A stretch of DNA of 32,000 bases, taken from positions 3,840,001 to 3,872,000 of the forward strand of contig JAIZWK010000001.1 of the NCBI GenBank assembly GCA_021498095.1, written 5' to 3'. This document shows positions 18,872 to 29,203 of the stretch, piece by piece. The stretch comes from Candidatus Harpocratesius repetitus (GTDB lineage Archaea > Asgardarchaeota > Lokiarchaeia > Sigyniarchaeales > Promethearchaeaceae). The notes beneath the pieces were generated by a model. That model saw nothing but the letters and a program-made list of their open reading frames with translations, was not told where the DNA came from and did not search any database. A program made the translations under genes and the position numbers. Positions within the stretch are counted from its first letter, which is position 1; each line of letters starts with the position of its first letter.

Positions 18872-19402
18872 TCACTCTCTTAATCGATCACGATAAAGTT
18901 CTTTATATTTTTGACTTATATGATTATATAACTCTCGATAATCGAACTCTCGAGTTTGTTCTTGTCTTAAAATGAGTTGATAAAGATGCTTTAAAGCCGA
19001 TGCTTTATACATTTTGCGAAAATCTTGTAAATCTCTCTTAATAAACGATTTTAACACTAAAATCTTGTTCCAATATCTTTTTTCGCTCAAAATTAAGGGA
19101 GTTTCACGTATTTTAGCACAAATCTTTTCGTTTCGTTGTTTACGTTGACTTTCTCTTCCATTTCTCAATATTTCCCCAATTCCATGAGGAGAATTGATTT
19201 GTTTCCGTTTTTGAGATGAATGTGTCTCAAACGGATGATTTTCACGTATTTTTTTTGCTTGAACATAACGATCTTCAATCTGCATTTTACGTTTTGATAA
19301 TTTTTTGCTCTCATATTCTCCCCAATTGCGATTCAGACCTAATTCATCAGCCATTTTAAGGAATTCATTAGCAGATTTCGATTTTTTGATTGGATTTTTC
19401 AT
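18872..19402 (-). CDS. Highly basic hypothetical protein
   Basis: 176-aa K/R-rich ORF with an ATGA overlap with the resolvase stop. Confidence 0.7.
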   Translation of the reverse strand: MKNPIKKSKSANEFLKMADELGLNRNWGEYESKKLSKRKMQIEDRYVQAKKIRENHPFETHSSQKRKQINSPHGIGEILRNGRESQRKQRNEKICAKIRETPLILSEKRYWNKILVLKSFIKRDLQDFRKMYKASALKHLYQLILRQEQTREFDYRELYNHISQKYKELYRDRLRE

Positions 19403-20052
19403 TTTGCATATATCCCCCTAATATTAATTCCATTTTTTTTATCTTTAGCAAGTTTCTTAAGCCTTCTATAGACTGTTGTTGAACTACTGCCCACGATTTT
19501 TGCTATGTTCGTGCAACCTAATCCTAATTTATATAATCGAACAATTTCTTTTTCATTTAACTCAATCTTCTTTCTACCCATCACTACTCCGTTTGCAATA
19601 GCGATTTCACGTCCTCGTTGAAGCCTTTCTCTTATTGAATTTGCTTGATATTCAAGAAAAGCAACGTAGTTTGTCAGCATAAACTTCCCTGTGGATGTGG
19701 TTGTGTCAATTTTCATTCCTGAAATTGTTATAATTTTTTTATCAATTTCATCCATTTTTTGTATAAATTGAAGCAAATTTAGAGCAGATCGCCCAATTCT
19801 GCTTAGATCATAGCAGATAATTCCTTCTATATCTTCATTTTCTGCAAGATCATTTAACATTTGTTGAAATTGAGCTCGATTTTTTTCTTTGAAACCTGAG
19901 ATTCCGTCATCCTTAAAAAATTTTTCAACGATTATCTCAGGATGTCTTTTGAGATATGATTTGATCTCAAAAATTTGATTCTCTATTGTATTATCCTGCT
20001 TTTGTTTTATACTACTTACTCGACAATATGCATAAAATTTACGTGTATTCAT
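19399..20052 (-). CDS. Small serine recombinase (resolvase/invertase) with C-terminal HTH
   Basis: YAYCRVSS (catalytic Ser), RAQFQQML, DLSRIGRS, TGKFMLT, ERLQRGR...MGRK and HTH LGCTNIAKIVGSSSTTVYRRL. Confidence 0.93.
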   Translation of the reverse strand: MNTRKFYAYCRVSSIKQKQDNTIENQIFEIKSYLKRHPEIIVEKFFKDDGISGFKEKNRAQFQQMLNDLAENEDIEGIICYDLSRIGRSALNLLQFIQKMDEIDKKIITISGMKIDTTTSTGKFMLTNYVAFLEYQANSIRERLQRGREIAIANGVVMGRKKIELNEKEIVRLYKLGLGCTNIAKIVGSSSTTVYRRLKKLAKDKKNGINIRGIYAK

Positions 20053-20139
20053 AATAGAATTATAGATTTCAATAATTTATAATTAACATATTAAATATCA
20101 AACATAATTTTCTTATTTCTGAAATAATTCATACTCGCA

Positions 20140-20189
20140 AATATTTGAGATGGAATTTTTGCATTTTTTTTTATTCCATCAAAAATATT
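20140..20189. promoter_or_regulatory. Imperfect inverted repeat (15/17) upstream of resolvase; candidate res/inversion subsite
   Basis: AATATTTGAGATGGAAT-16 bp-ATTCCATCAAAAATATT. Function is inferred from position. Confidence 0.35.
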
Positions 20190-20296
20190 AATAAAAACTC
20201 GATCAACTATTAATTTCCAATATATAGCAAAAATCATGATAATAGAGAGATGTTCTCTGACAATACTTTTTAGGTTAAATAAATAAAATATAAGAT

Positions 20297-22165
20297 ATGG
20301 TATGCCCAAAATGTCAATCCCTTTATATTATTGAGGGATCAGAGAAGAAATGGTGTCCTAATTGTAATCCACCTGAAAATATATTAAAGATTTATAATAA
20401 GAATGAAGCCATTGATATTCTACGAACAGAGCTTGAGGAATTAAAAAACTATGTTAAATTGATTATTAAGGGATACTCTCTTTTAAGTTTATTAAAATTT
20501 TTCAATAATATACGCAATAATCCTATGTTATTCAATATTAGTCCAGAGAAAAATGAATTTTTACAAAAATGGTTTGAAATCTCATACTTAATGAGCTGTA
20601 TTGGAAATATACACAAAAATCAACCAGATTTATTTGGAACAACAAATGAACTTAATGAAGAGCACATTAATGAATTGATTCACTATTCTACTAAATTATA
20701 TCTTTCAAATATTTTCTCATATCATATTATGAATGATAGAATGATGATGGTTTTGTATAAAGATGATCCTGTTTATCAAGGACACCAAATTAAATTTACT
20801 GAAAAATGGCAACCAATAAAAGCAAGGATGGAATTATTAGGATTTACTGCATATGAATCAGAAACTAATACAATTTATTCTTATATGCTCTGGTTTCGTA
20901 AGGAAGAATTAAGAACTATAGTACAAGAAATCAGTAAGGAGATAAAAGATGGTGCAGAAATATTCGAATCAATACGTTGGGAACAATGGTTGAATTTTAC
21001 TTATCCTCTGGAAGATTACCCAATTAGAAAAAAAGGAACACGGTTGAATAGTCTTTTCTTATTCTTAGAGAAAATCAGTGATATTAAAACTAGTATAATT
21101 TCCTTAAAAAAATGGGAATGGCTAAAAAAAAAATATATCCAATCGGAAGATCTTAGAATTTTAGAATATAATACAATTTCAAAATCTTCTTCAAATTTTG
21201 ATGTTCCGGGTTTATTCTTTTTGTATTCAGATTATATTTTTATCCCATATATATTTCTTAATAGGTTTGTAAAATCTAAAAAAAAAATATATTTTAATCC
21301 TAATTCTGGAAAATTTCTAAATCTTTATGGAAAAATTGTTGAGTTAAAAATAAAGAAATGGATTACTACTATTAACGTTGATTTTCGAGATAAAAACTCG
21401 AAAATATTATTTCGATATAAAAATAAAGAAATTCATCCTACAGAAGAACTATTTGATTTAGGATATATTCACCATCCCACTCAAAGTTTTTTCATTATTG
21501 AAGTTAAAGCTCCCATTCGATTTAATTTCAACCAAGATTTAGAAAAGTTAATTCAAAAAGATTTTGATGAATTTAAAGACAGAGATATTCCAAGAATCAA
21601 AGAAAATTTAGATAAAATTGGGATTAAAGGTTATAAATTGTTTCCAATTTTTATGCATTTTTCAAGTTTCATAAATATGCACCCAAAATTTATACCAAAT
21701 ACTACAATCGATGGAATAAAAATCGCCACATCAAAATCTGAAGTTCATTCTATTACATATTCTACTTTAAAAGAATGTGATCCCAATTTGAGTTTTGAAG
21801 ATTTATATAATATACCATATGACTTAGAAACAATCTCTAAAAACAAAGAAATTAAATTCTTTTTAGAAAATTATACTTGGAATTATAGAGACGTTTCAGA
21901 TATAATTCATTTAGGAAAAAAGGATGAATTCTATTTTAATTCTGTTGAAATTCTTCAAATTAGTTTATCTATGGATCCTCCGGAAATTGTTGTTAAATCA
22001 ATTAATCAAGATCGATCAGAAATAGGAAATATAGATATTCCTAAATATTTATTTGATGTTGCAAAAAATCAATTAGTAAAGGGCGATAAACTTAATATTC
22101 TCATCTATAGATTCTTTACTGATTCACCTGTAATTGTTCTTGTTCAATTTACTAAGATAAATTGA
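20297..22165 (+). CDS. Zn-ribbon + helical + PD-(D/E)xK (NERD-like) nuclease domain protein
   Basis: N-terminal CPKC...CPNC; GKIVE...ELFDLG...FIIEVK nuclease motif; beta-rich C-terminus. Confidence 0.65.
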   Translation: MVCPKCQSLYIIEGSEKKWCPNCNPPENILKIYNKNEAIDILRTELEELKNYVKLIIKGYSLLSLLKFFNNIRNNPMLFNISPEKNEFLQKWFEISYLMSCIGNIHKNQPDLFGTTNELNEEHINELIHYSTKLYLSNIFSYHIMNDRMMMVLYKDDPVYQGHQIKFTEKWQPIKARMELLGFTAYESETNTIYSYMLWFRKEELRTIVQEISKEIKDGAEIFESIRWEQWLNFTYPLEDYPIRKKGTRLNSLFLFLEKISDIKTSIISLKKWEWLKKKYIQSEDLRILEYNTISKSSSNFDVPGLFFLYSDYIFIPYIFLNRFVKSKKKIYFNPNSGKFLNLYGKIVELKIKKWITTINVDFRDKNSKILFRYKNKEIHPTEELFDLGYIHHPTQSFFIIEVKAPIRFNFNQDLEKLIQKDFDEFKDRDIPRIKENLDKIGIKGYKLFPIFMHFSSFINMHPKFIPNTTIDGIKIATSKSEVHSITYSTLKECDPNLSFEDLYNIPYDLETISKNKEIKFFLENYTWNYRDVSDIIHLGKKDEFYFNSVEILQISLSMDPPEIVVKSINQDRSEIGNIDIPKYLFDVAKNQLVKGDKLNILIYRFFTDSPVIVLVQFTKIN

Positions 22166-22700
22166 TATTATATTCTAAAAAGCACTCTGTTCAAAAATAG
22201 AGAATAAATCCTTTTGAAAGAATGGAAATAATAGATTATGAAAGGTTTAAAGTAATCATTTATTTTTTTAAGAATCTTTATCAACATTTGATAGATTGAT
22301 AAAAAATTGAAAATCATGCATATTTTATGCACTTGCTGATATTCCATCTCAATTTGAAATTAGTCGATTAAAAATTTAGAAATATTATTATCAATTTCAA
22401 CTATATTTTGATTAAAATAATCAAAAATCGACCCATAATTATTTTTTCTAAATCTCATTTTTACCGACTGAAATAATTTTTGGATAGATTTGATTATTGT
22501 TGGAAAATTAATGATATAAATTGTAATTCAGTCAAAAATAAAGAAGGTGCAGGAACCTCTTAAAAAAAGCCGCAAATTAAAAAAGAAATGAGATGAAGTT
22601 GATATTAATTAAAATCCGAAAAAAGTAAAATATCTGATAATAATTAATTTTCATTATCTTTGTTATTTAAATTATTATAATCATAACTTATACTAGAAGA

Positions 22701-24368
22701 ATGAATTTTATTCCATTATGCTTAGGATCAAATCCAGAAAAACGAGATGCTTTAGAAGTAAATTTATTATATAACTTACAAGAATTAGGTTGGGAATGTC
22801 ACCAAAATGTCAGAGAAAAGAGTAGCGAAACTGATGTTGTTGCATATCACACGATTTATCCCAATCCATTATATATTGAATGTAAAGCATGGGAAGAATC
22901 TGTTGGTGCAGATGAAGTTGATAAATTCTACTCTAAAATGAATAGACTAAATGACTATGTTAAATTCGGGTGGTTTATTGCACTCAACGGATATAAAAAA
23001 GGTGTTGAAAACTCATTTAAAGATCTTTCAAATTTAAAATTATTTACAGGTATTTCTTATTACCAAATGCTAAAAAATCAAAATTTAGTCATACCTTATG
23101 AGAATATCATTAATAAATACCATATTTTACTAAAAGAGATTCAAAAGATTTATTTAATCTTTAAAAAGGAAAAGATAATTTGGTTAATAACATTGGAGGA
23201 TGATTATTTTATTTTGGAAACAGGAAATAAAGAGATTTTAGAAAAAGAAGATATATCATTTATCTATTCAAACTTTAAATTAATGTCTTTAACCAATGAA
23301 AATAAAATACAAAGTTGCGATGAATGGGAAATTTTAAAACTATTTTTTGATCAAAAGTCACACACAATAGAAGAAATATTAGAAAACAGAACTTATCATA
23401 AATCTACAATCAGATTCCATCTTAGGCATTTAATAAATGAGAATATTATAATTAAAATCAAAAATGAATATATTTTAAGCAATTCTTTTTCTATAGCAGA
23501 AAAAATTGTTCAGAAATGTTCAAAGATCGAGAGTTTTGAAAGTATTCCTCAAATTAGATTTAATGAAAATAAAATTAGGTCTTTTGCGAAATCAATTTTC
23601 TTTAAAGACAATCTTAACAAATTTACCAAGAATATCTTGAAGAAATTTAATATATTTAAGAAAGATAAAGAATCTATAAAAATTATTGAAAAAACAATTG
23701 CAATTTCTCCTTCAGCAATTTCTTATTGTTTTGGGGAATTTGATCGTATATGGGGAGAAGGTGAGTATACATTTGAACATCTAATGCAAACATTATCAAT
23801 TCTCATTCTTATTGATTGTATGAATTTGAGAATATCACTCTTTCAAGATTTAAGTAATGATAATAAATTGATATTTATCAATCCACAAATTGAAATAAAA
23901 TACGCCCTAAGGAATGAATTATACTTACAATTAAAAGCATATCCTACAAATATAGTTATTGCTAAATTGAAAGAGGGACATGGAATAATGTTGAGAGGAT
24001 CGCTGTTAACATCTGCTGATGATATTATTTTGAACGATATGGGAAATCTATTTATGAGTTCTGAACAATATGAGAAAGCAATTGAAATTTTTGAAGATAA
24101 TATAAAATATTATCCAAATACAATAGGAGAATTGATATCAGTTGTAAATTTGATGTGCTGCTATTTAAGAATCAATAAACTTGATGAAATTGCTGATCTT
24201 TATCAAAATTATCATGTTAAAATTGAAAAACTTTCAATGAAAAATATTGAAACTAAAAATGAAAAATTAGTCATTGAAAATGAAATACCCAAAATTAAAG
24301 AATTATTCCAGAAAAATTATGAAAATTATTTAAAAATAAAAATACAGAATCAAGGGGAAAAAAACTAG
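22701..24368 (+). CDS. Mrr-like restriction endonuclease domain fused to winged HTH and TPR-like region
   Basis: LE...ETDVVA...YIECKAW...VGADEVDKF...GWFIALNGY; HTH KSTIRFHLRHLINENII; TPR-like GNLFMSSEQYEKAIEIFEDNIKYYP. Confidence 0.75.
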   Translation: MNFIPLCLGSNPEKRDALEVNLLYNLQELGWECHQNVREKSSETDVVAYHTIYPNPLYIECKAWEESVGADEVDKFYSKMNRLNDYVKFGWFIALNGYKKGVENSFKDLSNLKLFTGISYYQMLKNQNLVIPYENIINKYHILLKEIQKIYLIFKKEKIIWLITLEDDYFILETGNKEILEKEDISFIYSNFKLMSLTNENKIQSCDEWEILKLFFDQKSHTIEEILENRTYHKSTIRFHLRHLINENIIIKIKNEYILSNSFSIAEKIVQKCSKIESFESIPQIRFNENKIRSFAKSIFFKDNLNKFTKNILKKFNIFKKDKESIKIIEKTIAISPSAISYCFGEFDRIWGEGEYTFEHLMQTLSILILIDCMNLRISLFQDLSNDNKLIFINPQIEIKYALRNELYLQLKAYPTNIVIAKLKEGHGIMLRGSLLTSADDIILNDMGNLFMSSEQYEKAIEIFEDNIKYYPNTIGELISVVNLMCCYLRINKLDEIADLYQNYHVKIEKLSMKNIETKNEKLVIENEIPKIKELFQKNYENYLKIKIQNQGEKN

Positions 24369-24649
24369 AAGAATATTAAAAAAATACTTCAGAGAATCTA
24401 AATCTTAAACTTGAAATAAAAATCAAAATTAGTGTTAATAAGTAGAATTAAATTCAAGATTAAGAAAATCTAACCAAAGTAAAAATAATGGTGTTTCTTC
24501 AATAATAAAGCATTTCTCTTTCCATATCTTTCAAAACGTTTTATAATACATACCAATTCATCACGATCATAATATAGAATTAAAGAGAGTTTAATAAATC
24601 ATCAATAGATTGTTTTTTTACTTTCATTTACTATATTTCATTCAACCAA

Positions 24650-25612
24650 ATGGATCGAAATCACAAAATAATATCTCAATTAGAAGAAGATTTAATATCA
24701 GAAAATCTTGAAATTCTAAAATGTTTGAAATTAGGACAACTTGTAGCTAAACATTATAATGATATTGAAATGGAATTTTGGATTAAAGATGAAATTTTTT
24801 GATTTGATAAAAGTAAATATCAAACAGATCCTGATAAATTTCCACAATATAGGATTGTAACTAGACTTTTAAAAATACCATCGTTTGAATCTTCACCAGT
24901 AGGATTCAGTCGACCCCAATAAATTCCAAAAATCAAGTATGAAGTTGTTCCTAAATATTAAATTGATGATAATATCCCAAAAAGCATTAATTTCAACAAA
25001 AAAGAGAATATAGATTTGAATTATATTCTAGATGAAGATAGTGTAGATTTTCAAATTGAACCTTCTGAATTTAAAAACATACTCAATGTAGTAATTATGA
25101 AATTATTAGATTATATCTATGAAAAATCAAATTCTATCGAAAATATAGCAGAAAATACTTTGTTATTTAATTTGTTCAATAAATTTCATCAGATTACAAA
25201 AAGATTAGAACATAGACATGCTGGAATACCTATTTTGGTTATTGAAAATGGATACAATCTTAAAGATTTACTTAATACTCTTTTATATAAACATTTTGAT
25301 TCCATTCAAGTAGAAGAATATGGACACATTTATGCAGGAAAGCGATCCAGAATTGATTTTTTTTGAGATATGATGAAATTGCTATAGAAGTAAAGTGTGT
25401 AAGAGATTCAAATCATGCAAAAAGAATCTTAAGAGAAGAAATGATCTTAGATATTGCATATTACTCTAATAGAAAGGAATTTAAACACCTACCTCCTTAT
25501 TTATGATTTTAAGTCACTTCTATTAAATAGAACTAATTTTATCAAAGATTTAAAAGAAAATGTCCCAGAGAATTACTCTTCAATTAAAATTGTAATCAAA
25601 CCAGATTTATAA
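24650..25612 (+). pseudogene. Decayed AbiTii-like + REase_DpnII-MboI-like nuclease fusion
   Basis: One frame runs from ATG 24650 with in-frame stops at 24800, 24920 and 24959, then frameshifts at the T8 run (25357-25364) and near 25490. Reconstructed motifs are WIKDEIF*F...PQYRIV and RIDFFLRYDEIAIEVK...DIAYY...LIYD. Confidence 0.7.
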
Positions 25613-25828
25613 CCTATGATATCATGTAATTACACCCTTTTTTTTCTATCTTTAACCCTTAGAAAACAAGCATCTGAGAATTGAAAACTCTGAATTTATT
25701 TGTATGTAGATGTATGTAGATGCGTTTATCGTATAAAATGATTGAAATTAGGTGCGATAACAGACGGATATTTAAGATATTCATACATTATTAATGAATT
25801 ATAAATATAACGCAAATAATGTAAAGAT

Positions 25829-26437
25829 ATGGAAACATGTGAAATGATTAGAAACGCTGTCATTAAGGATTTTCAAGAACGGAGAAAAAAAATAGCAGAA
25901 ATAATGAATATTAAACTACCTGTATTTCAAAAAGAGAATCGTGAAACTGAAAAGATTAGAAATTGGTTTAGAGAAAATTATAATCTCAATTTTCAATTTG
26001 AAGATTTTGAACAACTTTATACTATTCGTATAAACAAAGAAATGGGGATTGAAACAAGATACGTAAAAGGAATTCAAATTGAAATTAATCATCGCTGTTT
26101 AATTTCTGAAATCGAGATTTATTTAATTATTGGTCTCTTTCAAAAAAAATATATTGAGAAAATTTATACTAATTTCAAAAAATATCAAGATCTGGTGAAA
26201 AGAAATTCATATATCTCAAACAGACTAAAGCAAATCGAGGATAAATTATGGAAGTATGTTGATAATGATAGGTATTGGGTAATTTCAAATAAAAAATTTG
26301 AAAAAATAATAGGTTTTGCAGATGATTTGTGTATCTTATATGCAGATGGTATAGTAGAATATTATGATAATGAGATACAAAATATCAATCAATTGATTAC
26401 TCTACACTTTCCTGAATATTTTAAGCATAAAAGATAA
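25829..26437 (+). CDS. Hypothetical protein
   Basis: 202-aa ORF with ATG start and no recognised motif. Confidence 0.65.
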   Translation: METCEMIRNAVIKDFQERRKKIAEIMNIKLPVFQKENRETEKIRNWFRENYNLNFQFEDFEQLYTIRINKEMGIETRYVKGIQIEINHRCLISEIEIYLIIGLFQKKYIEKIYTNFKKYQDLVKRNSYISNRLKQIEDKLWKYVDNDRYWVISNKKFEKIIGFADDLCILYADGIVEYYDNEIQNINQLITLHFPEYFKHKR

Positions 26438-26580
26438 CAAATCATTGTCAAATTTTTACTTTTTAATACTTTTTTTGCTTCAAGGGGGAATTTAGATCTG
26501 AAATCGTTGAAAAACAATCCAAAAATCAAAGTTGGAGATTAAAACTGGAAAACAAGTTAGAATATCCCTGAAAAAATGAC

Positions 26581-26900
26581 TTAATGCCATCCTCGTCTTT
26601 GATCAAGATAAAATGAAATTATAAAATCACCTATACCTCCTTTCCAATGAACAATATTACCTTGCATAAACTCAAACCGATCATTGCATTTTTCACAAGA
26701 AATTTGGATTTCATCATGAAGTTGTTTTATTTTCAGCATGTTTTTACATTCTGGACAAATAATTTTGTCTTTGAGTATAAATATCCCTTCTCTTTCAACA
26801 TAAATAGATTAAGGTGCTATTTATATTTATAATATCTAAAGTAGAAACCTTAAATGAATCTGGAGAGAACACCCAAATTCTTTTTCTGTGCTTTGGAAAT
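26581..26900 (-). pseudogene. Probable remnant of a zinc-ribbon protein gene
   Basis: The minus frame reads IYVEREGIFILKDKIICPECKNML...SCEKCNDRF...GWH*. It lacks an upstream start and has an apparent frameshift near 26810. Confidence 0.4.
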
Positions 26901-27216
26901 CATTTAATTAATTTAAAATAATATGAAAATGAGTTTATTTTATATTAATAAAAATATCAATGCCCTATTTGTTGTACATTTTCAACAAATAAGGAATGTC
27001 TTTCATCTGATAAACATAAAGAAATTAAAATCATAAAAAAAAACTAAATTCAATTAAAATAGATTTTATTGTTAACAAGGAAAAAGCAAATTTGACATTT
27101 ATAAGAAATAATTCTGAAATAAAATAAAAAAACGATAAGTCATGATTAATTTAAATAAATGAAATGACAATTTTAATCAAATAAAGATTAAGAAATAAAG
27201 TATTTTAGTGAGAATT

Positions 27217-28833
27217 ATGGCTGAAAAAATTGATTTTAACACAATAGATATAGATAAATTATCCCAAATTATCAAAAGATTTATTGAAATCGCACTTCCA
27301 TTACTCCCATCAGCAATTCAAAAGCATGTTGAAATTAGTAGACTAACCAATATTATTCAATTCCCACTTATCCTAATAGAAGAAGAGAAGGGTTTGGAAT
27401 TGAATGTTTTTACAAATGACAATCAAATAACCACTTCCTTTAAAAAATTTGATGTGTATAGGTTTTCAGATGGTTTTATATTCAATTTACTAAAAACTAT
27501 AAAAAATAATGAATCTTTTAATAATGAATTGAGTGAATTGAGTGAATTGGGATTTTGGATCCCTGAAGTAGAATATATTTATGATTTCAAAAATTTCACT
27601 CTGGGAAGGATTTTAAGCTGTTGTTTCAAAGTCCTTATTAATCCTTATATTGAAATCGAGAAACCTGAGAATATTCTAAATGTAAAAATAAATAAAGATA
27701 TTATCCATAATGAAATACAGAAAATCTTTCAATTAGAAAAAGACAAGATCCTTGAAGTTGAATATTTCTATTTTTTCTACGGTTTTTCTTTTCATGGTAA
27801 AGATACCATTGTGAATGAAGAAAGAAATGAGCAATTAATTGTTGCTTTACCTGATAAAATTGAGAAACTCAGTCTTCATCCAAATATTCCAACAGCTGAA
27901 AAATCCTCAATGCATTCTTCTGAAAAATGGAGTTTTCTCACAGAATCAGCTGGTTGGATTACTGGAAAAACACTTATCTCCTATAATAATATGAATGATC
28001 ATAATTGGGGAAAAAACTTGAAAATAATACCCGCAGAACTTTACGAAGAAGCATTGCAGTTGCTTGGTTATACAGATTCAAAAGTTCGCCTTATTGCACG
28101 AACATCTAAATATTCTAGATTTCCCATTTCTTTTCAAGTTTATAAGGGTGGAATTGGGTATTCTTCTCCTTTTACAAGTGTGAATTGGATAAAAAAAGAA
28201 GTATTTCCTTTGAATAAAGAAAAAATATTAGATTTAAAATCAGCTGAATTCCAATTTATCCAACAATATACAAATAATTGGAAAAATATTACCTCATCGA
28301 ATTTCCATAATTTAATTTTTAGTTGGTTTTCCCGTTTCTATCAATCTAAAAATTTAATTGATGTTATATTGGAAGGATGTATTTTACTAGAAGCCTTACT
28401 TTCAAATTCTCAGAGTGAAATTATGTTTCAATTCTCTACAAAAATTGCAATTTTATTAGGAAATAGTATTGAAGAACGGGATAAAATATTTAATTTAGTT
28501 AAAAAATACTATGGATTACGCTCTAAAGTCGTTCATGAAGGAGGAGGAAATTCATATAAAAAAAATCTAGATAAACTAAAAAATCAGGTAAATGACGTTT
28601 ATAAATTTTCCAATTATTTAATAAGAGCTGTAATTTTTCAATTTTTCTTTACTGATGATAACGGAATTCAATTTATGACAAAATCTGAAATTAAAAAATT
28701 CTTGAATGATATAATTTTTGGAAAGAAACAAATCCCAAATGATAAAAATATTAAAAATAAAGTTAAACAAGAATTTTTAGACAAATTTATTCGTAATTTA
28801 AATGGAAAAAATCGACAGAATTCGACAAATTGA
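27217..28833 (+). CDS. ApeA-like HEPN domain protein (putative abortive-infection RNase)
   Basis: C-terminal ILLEALLS...KIAILLG...YGLRSKVVHEG with an Rx4H motif. ATG at 27217. Confidence 0.75.
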   Translation: MAEKIDFNTIDIDKLSQIIKRFIEIALPLLPSAIQKHVEISRLTNIIQFPLILIEEEKGLELNVFTNDNQITTSFKKFDVYRFSDGFIFNLLKTIKNNESFNNELSELSELGFWIPEVEYIYDFKNFTLGRILSCCFKVLINPYIEIEKPENILNVKINKDIIHNEIQKIFQLEKDKILEVEYFYFFYGFSFHGKDTIVNEERNEQLIVALPDKIEKLSLHPNIPTAEKSSMHSSEKWSFLTESAGWITGKTLISYNNMNDHNWGKNLKIIPAELYEEALQLLGYTDSKVRLIARTSKYSRFPISFQVYKGGIGYSSPFTSVNWIKKEVFPLNKEKILDLKSAEFQFIQQYTNNWKNITSSNFHNLIFSWFSRFYQSKNLIDVILEGCILLEALLSNSQSEIMFQFSTKIAILLGNSIEERDKIFNLVKKYYGLRSKVVHEGGGNSYKKNLDKLKNQVNDVYKFSNYLIRAVIFQFFFTDDNGIQFMTKSEIKKFLNDIIFGKKQIPNDKNIKNKVKQEFLDKFIRNLNGKNRQNSTN

Positions 28834-29140
28834 ATAAAATAAGCTTGAAATGAGTGTTCATATAAATATATTTTAAATTTTAAATCATTATTCTAATATT
28901 ATTTTAAGTTTGACTTTTTCATAAGTATTAAAACGAGTTAATGTATTAAATCTATGCAATTAGTTCTTCAATATTGCTCAGAAATTCAGCTGGGGGTTTG
29001 AATTTGAAACATTTTTATGAAGAAGGTGGATGATACTAGTATAGCTCAAGAAAACAATTGATTACAGAGAATCATTCAAAGAATGTTGGGATAAATAACT
29101 AGAAGAAAAGTTATCATAATTTTATATTTTATTATTGAAC

Positions 29141-29180
29141 AATATTACTCATAAAATACTAATACATCTTAAGTAATATT
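29141..29180. promoter_or_regulatory. 9-bp inverted repeat AATATTACT...AGTAATATT upstream of HTH gene
   Basis: Perfect arms at 29141-29149 and 29172-29180. The right arm overlaps a CTTAAGTA TATA-like element. Confidence 0.35.
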
Positions 29181-29203
29181 ACCCTATTTACTCAGTGTTA
29201 ATC

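Noticed and set aside
19399-20052. IS607-family transposase
   Set aside because: The HTH is C-terminal rather than N-terminal, and no TnpB follows.
20091-20309. 72-aa minus-strand ORF upstream of the resolvase
   Set aside because: It overlaps the start of the next gene, has an F/I-rich composition typical of AT-rich noise, and more likely covers regulatory DNA.
22190-22530. About 110-codon minus frame with one internal stop
   Set aside because: No start or recognisable motif, and such frames are common in extremely AT-rich DNA.
24800-24961. Stop-codon recoding or an alternative genetic code
   Set aside because: The stops are mixed TGA/TAA and accompanied by frameshifts, while other genes use normal stops. 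Decay is simpler.
25701-25722. TGTATGTAGA x2 and similar short duplications (1380-1410 AATAAATCTATTGA x2; GAATTGAGT repeats near 27524)
   Set aside because: Two-copy slippage duplications with no evidence of function.
28996-29010. GTTTGAATTTGAAAC resembling a CRISPR repeat end
   Set aside because: Single copy, with no regularly spaced repeats and no cas genes.
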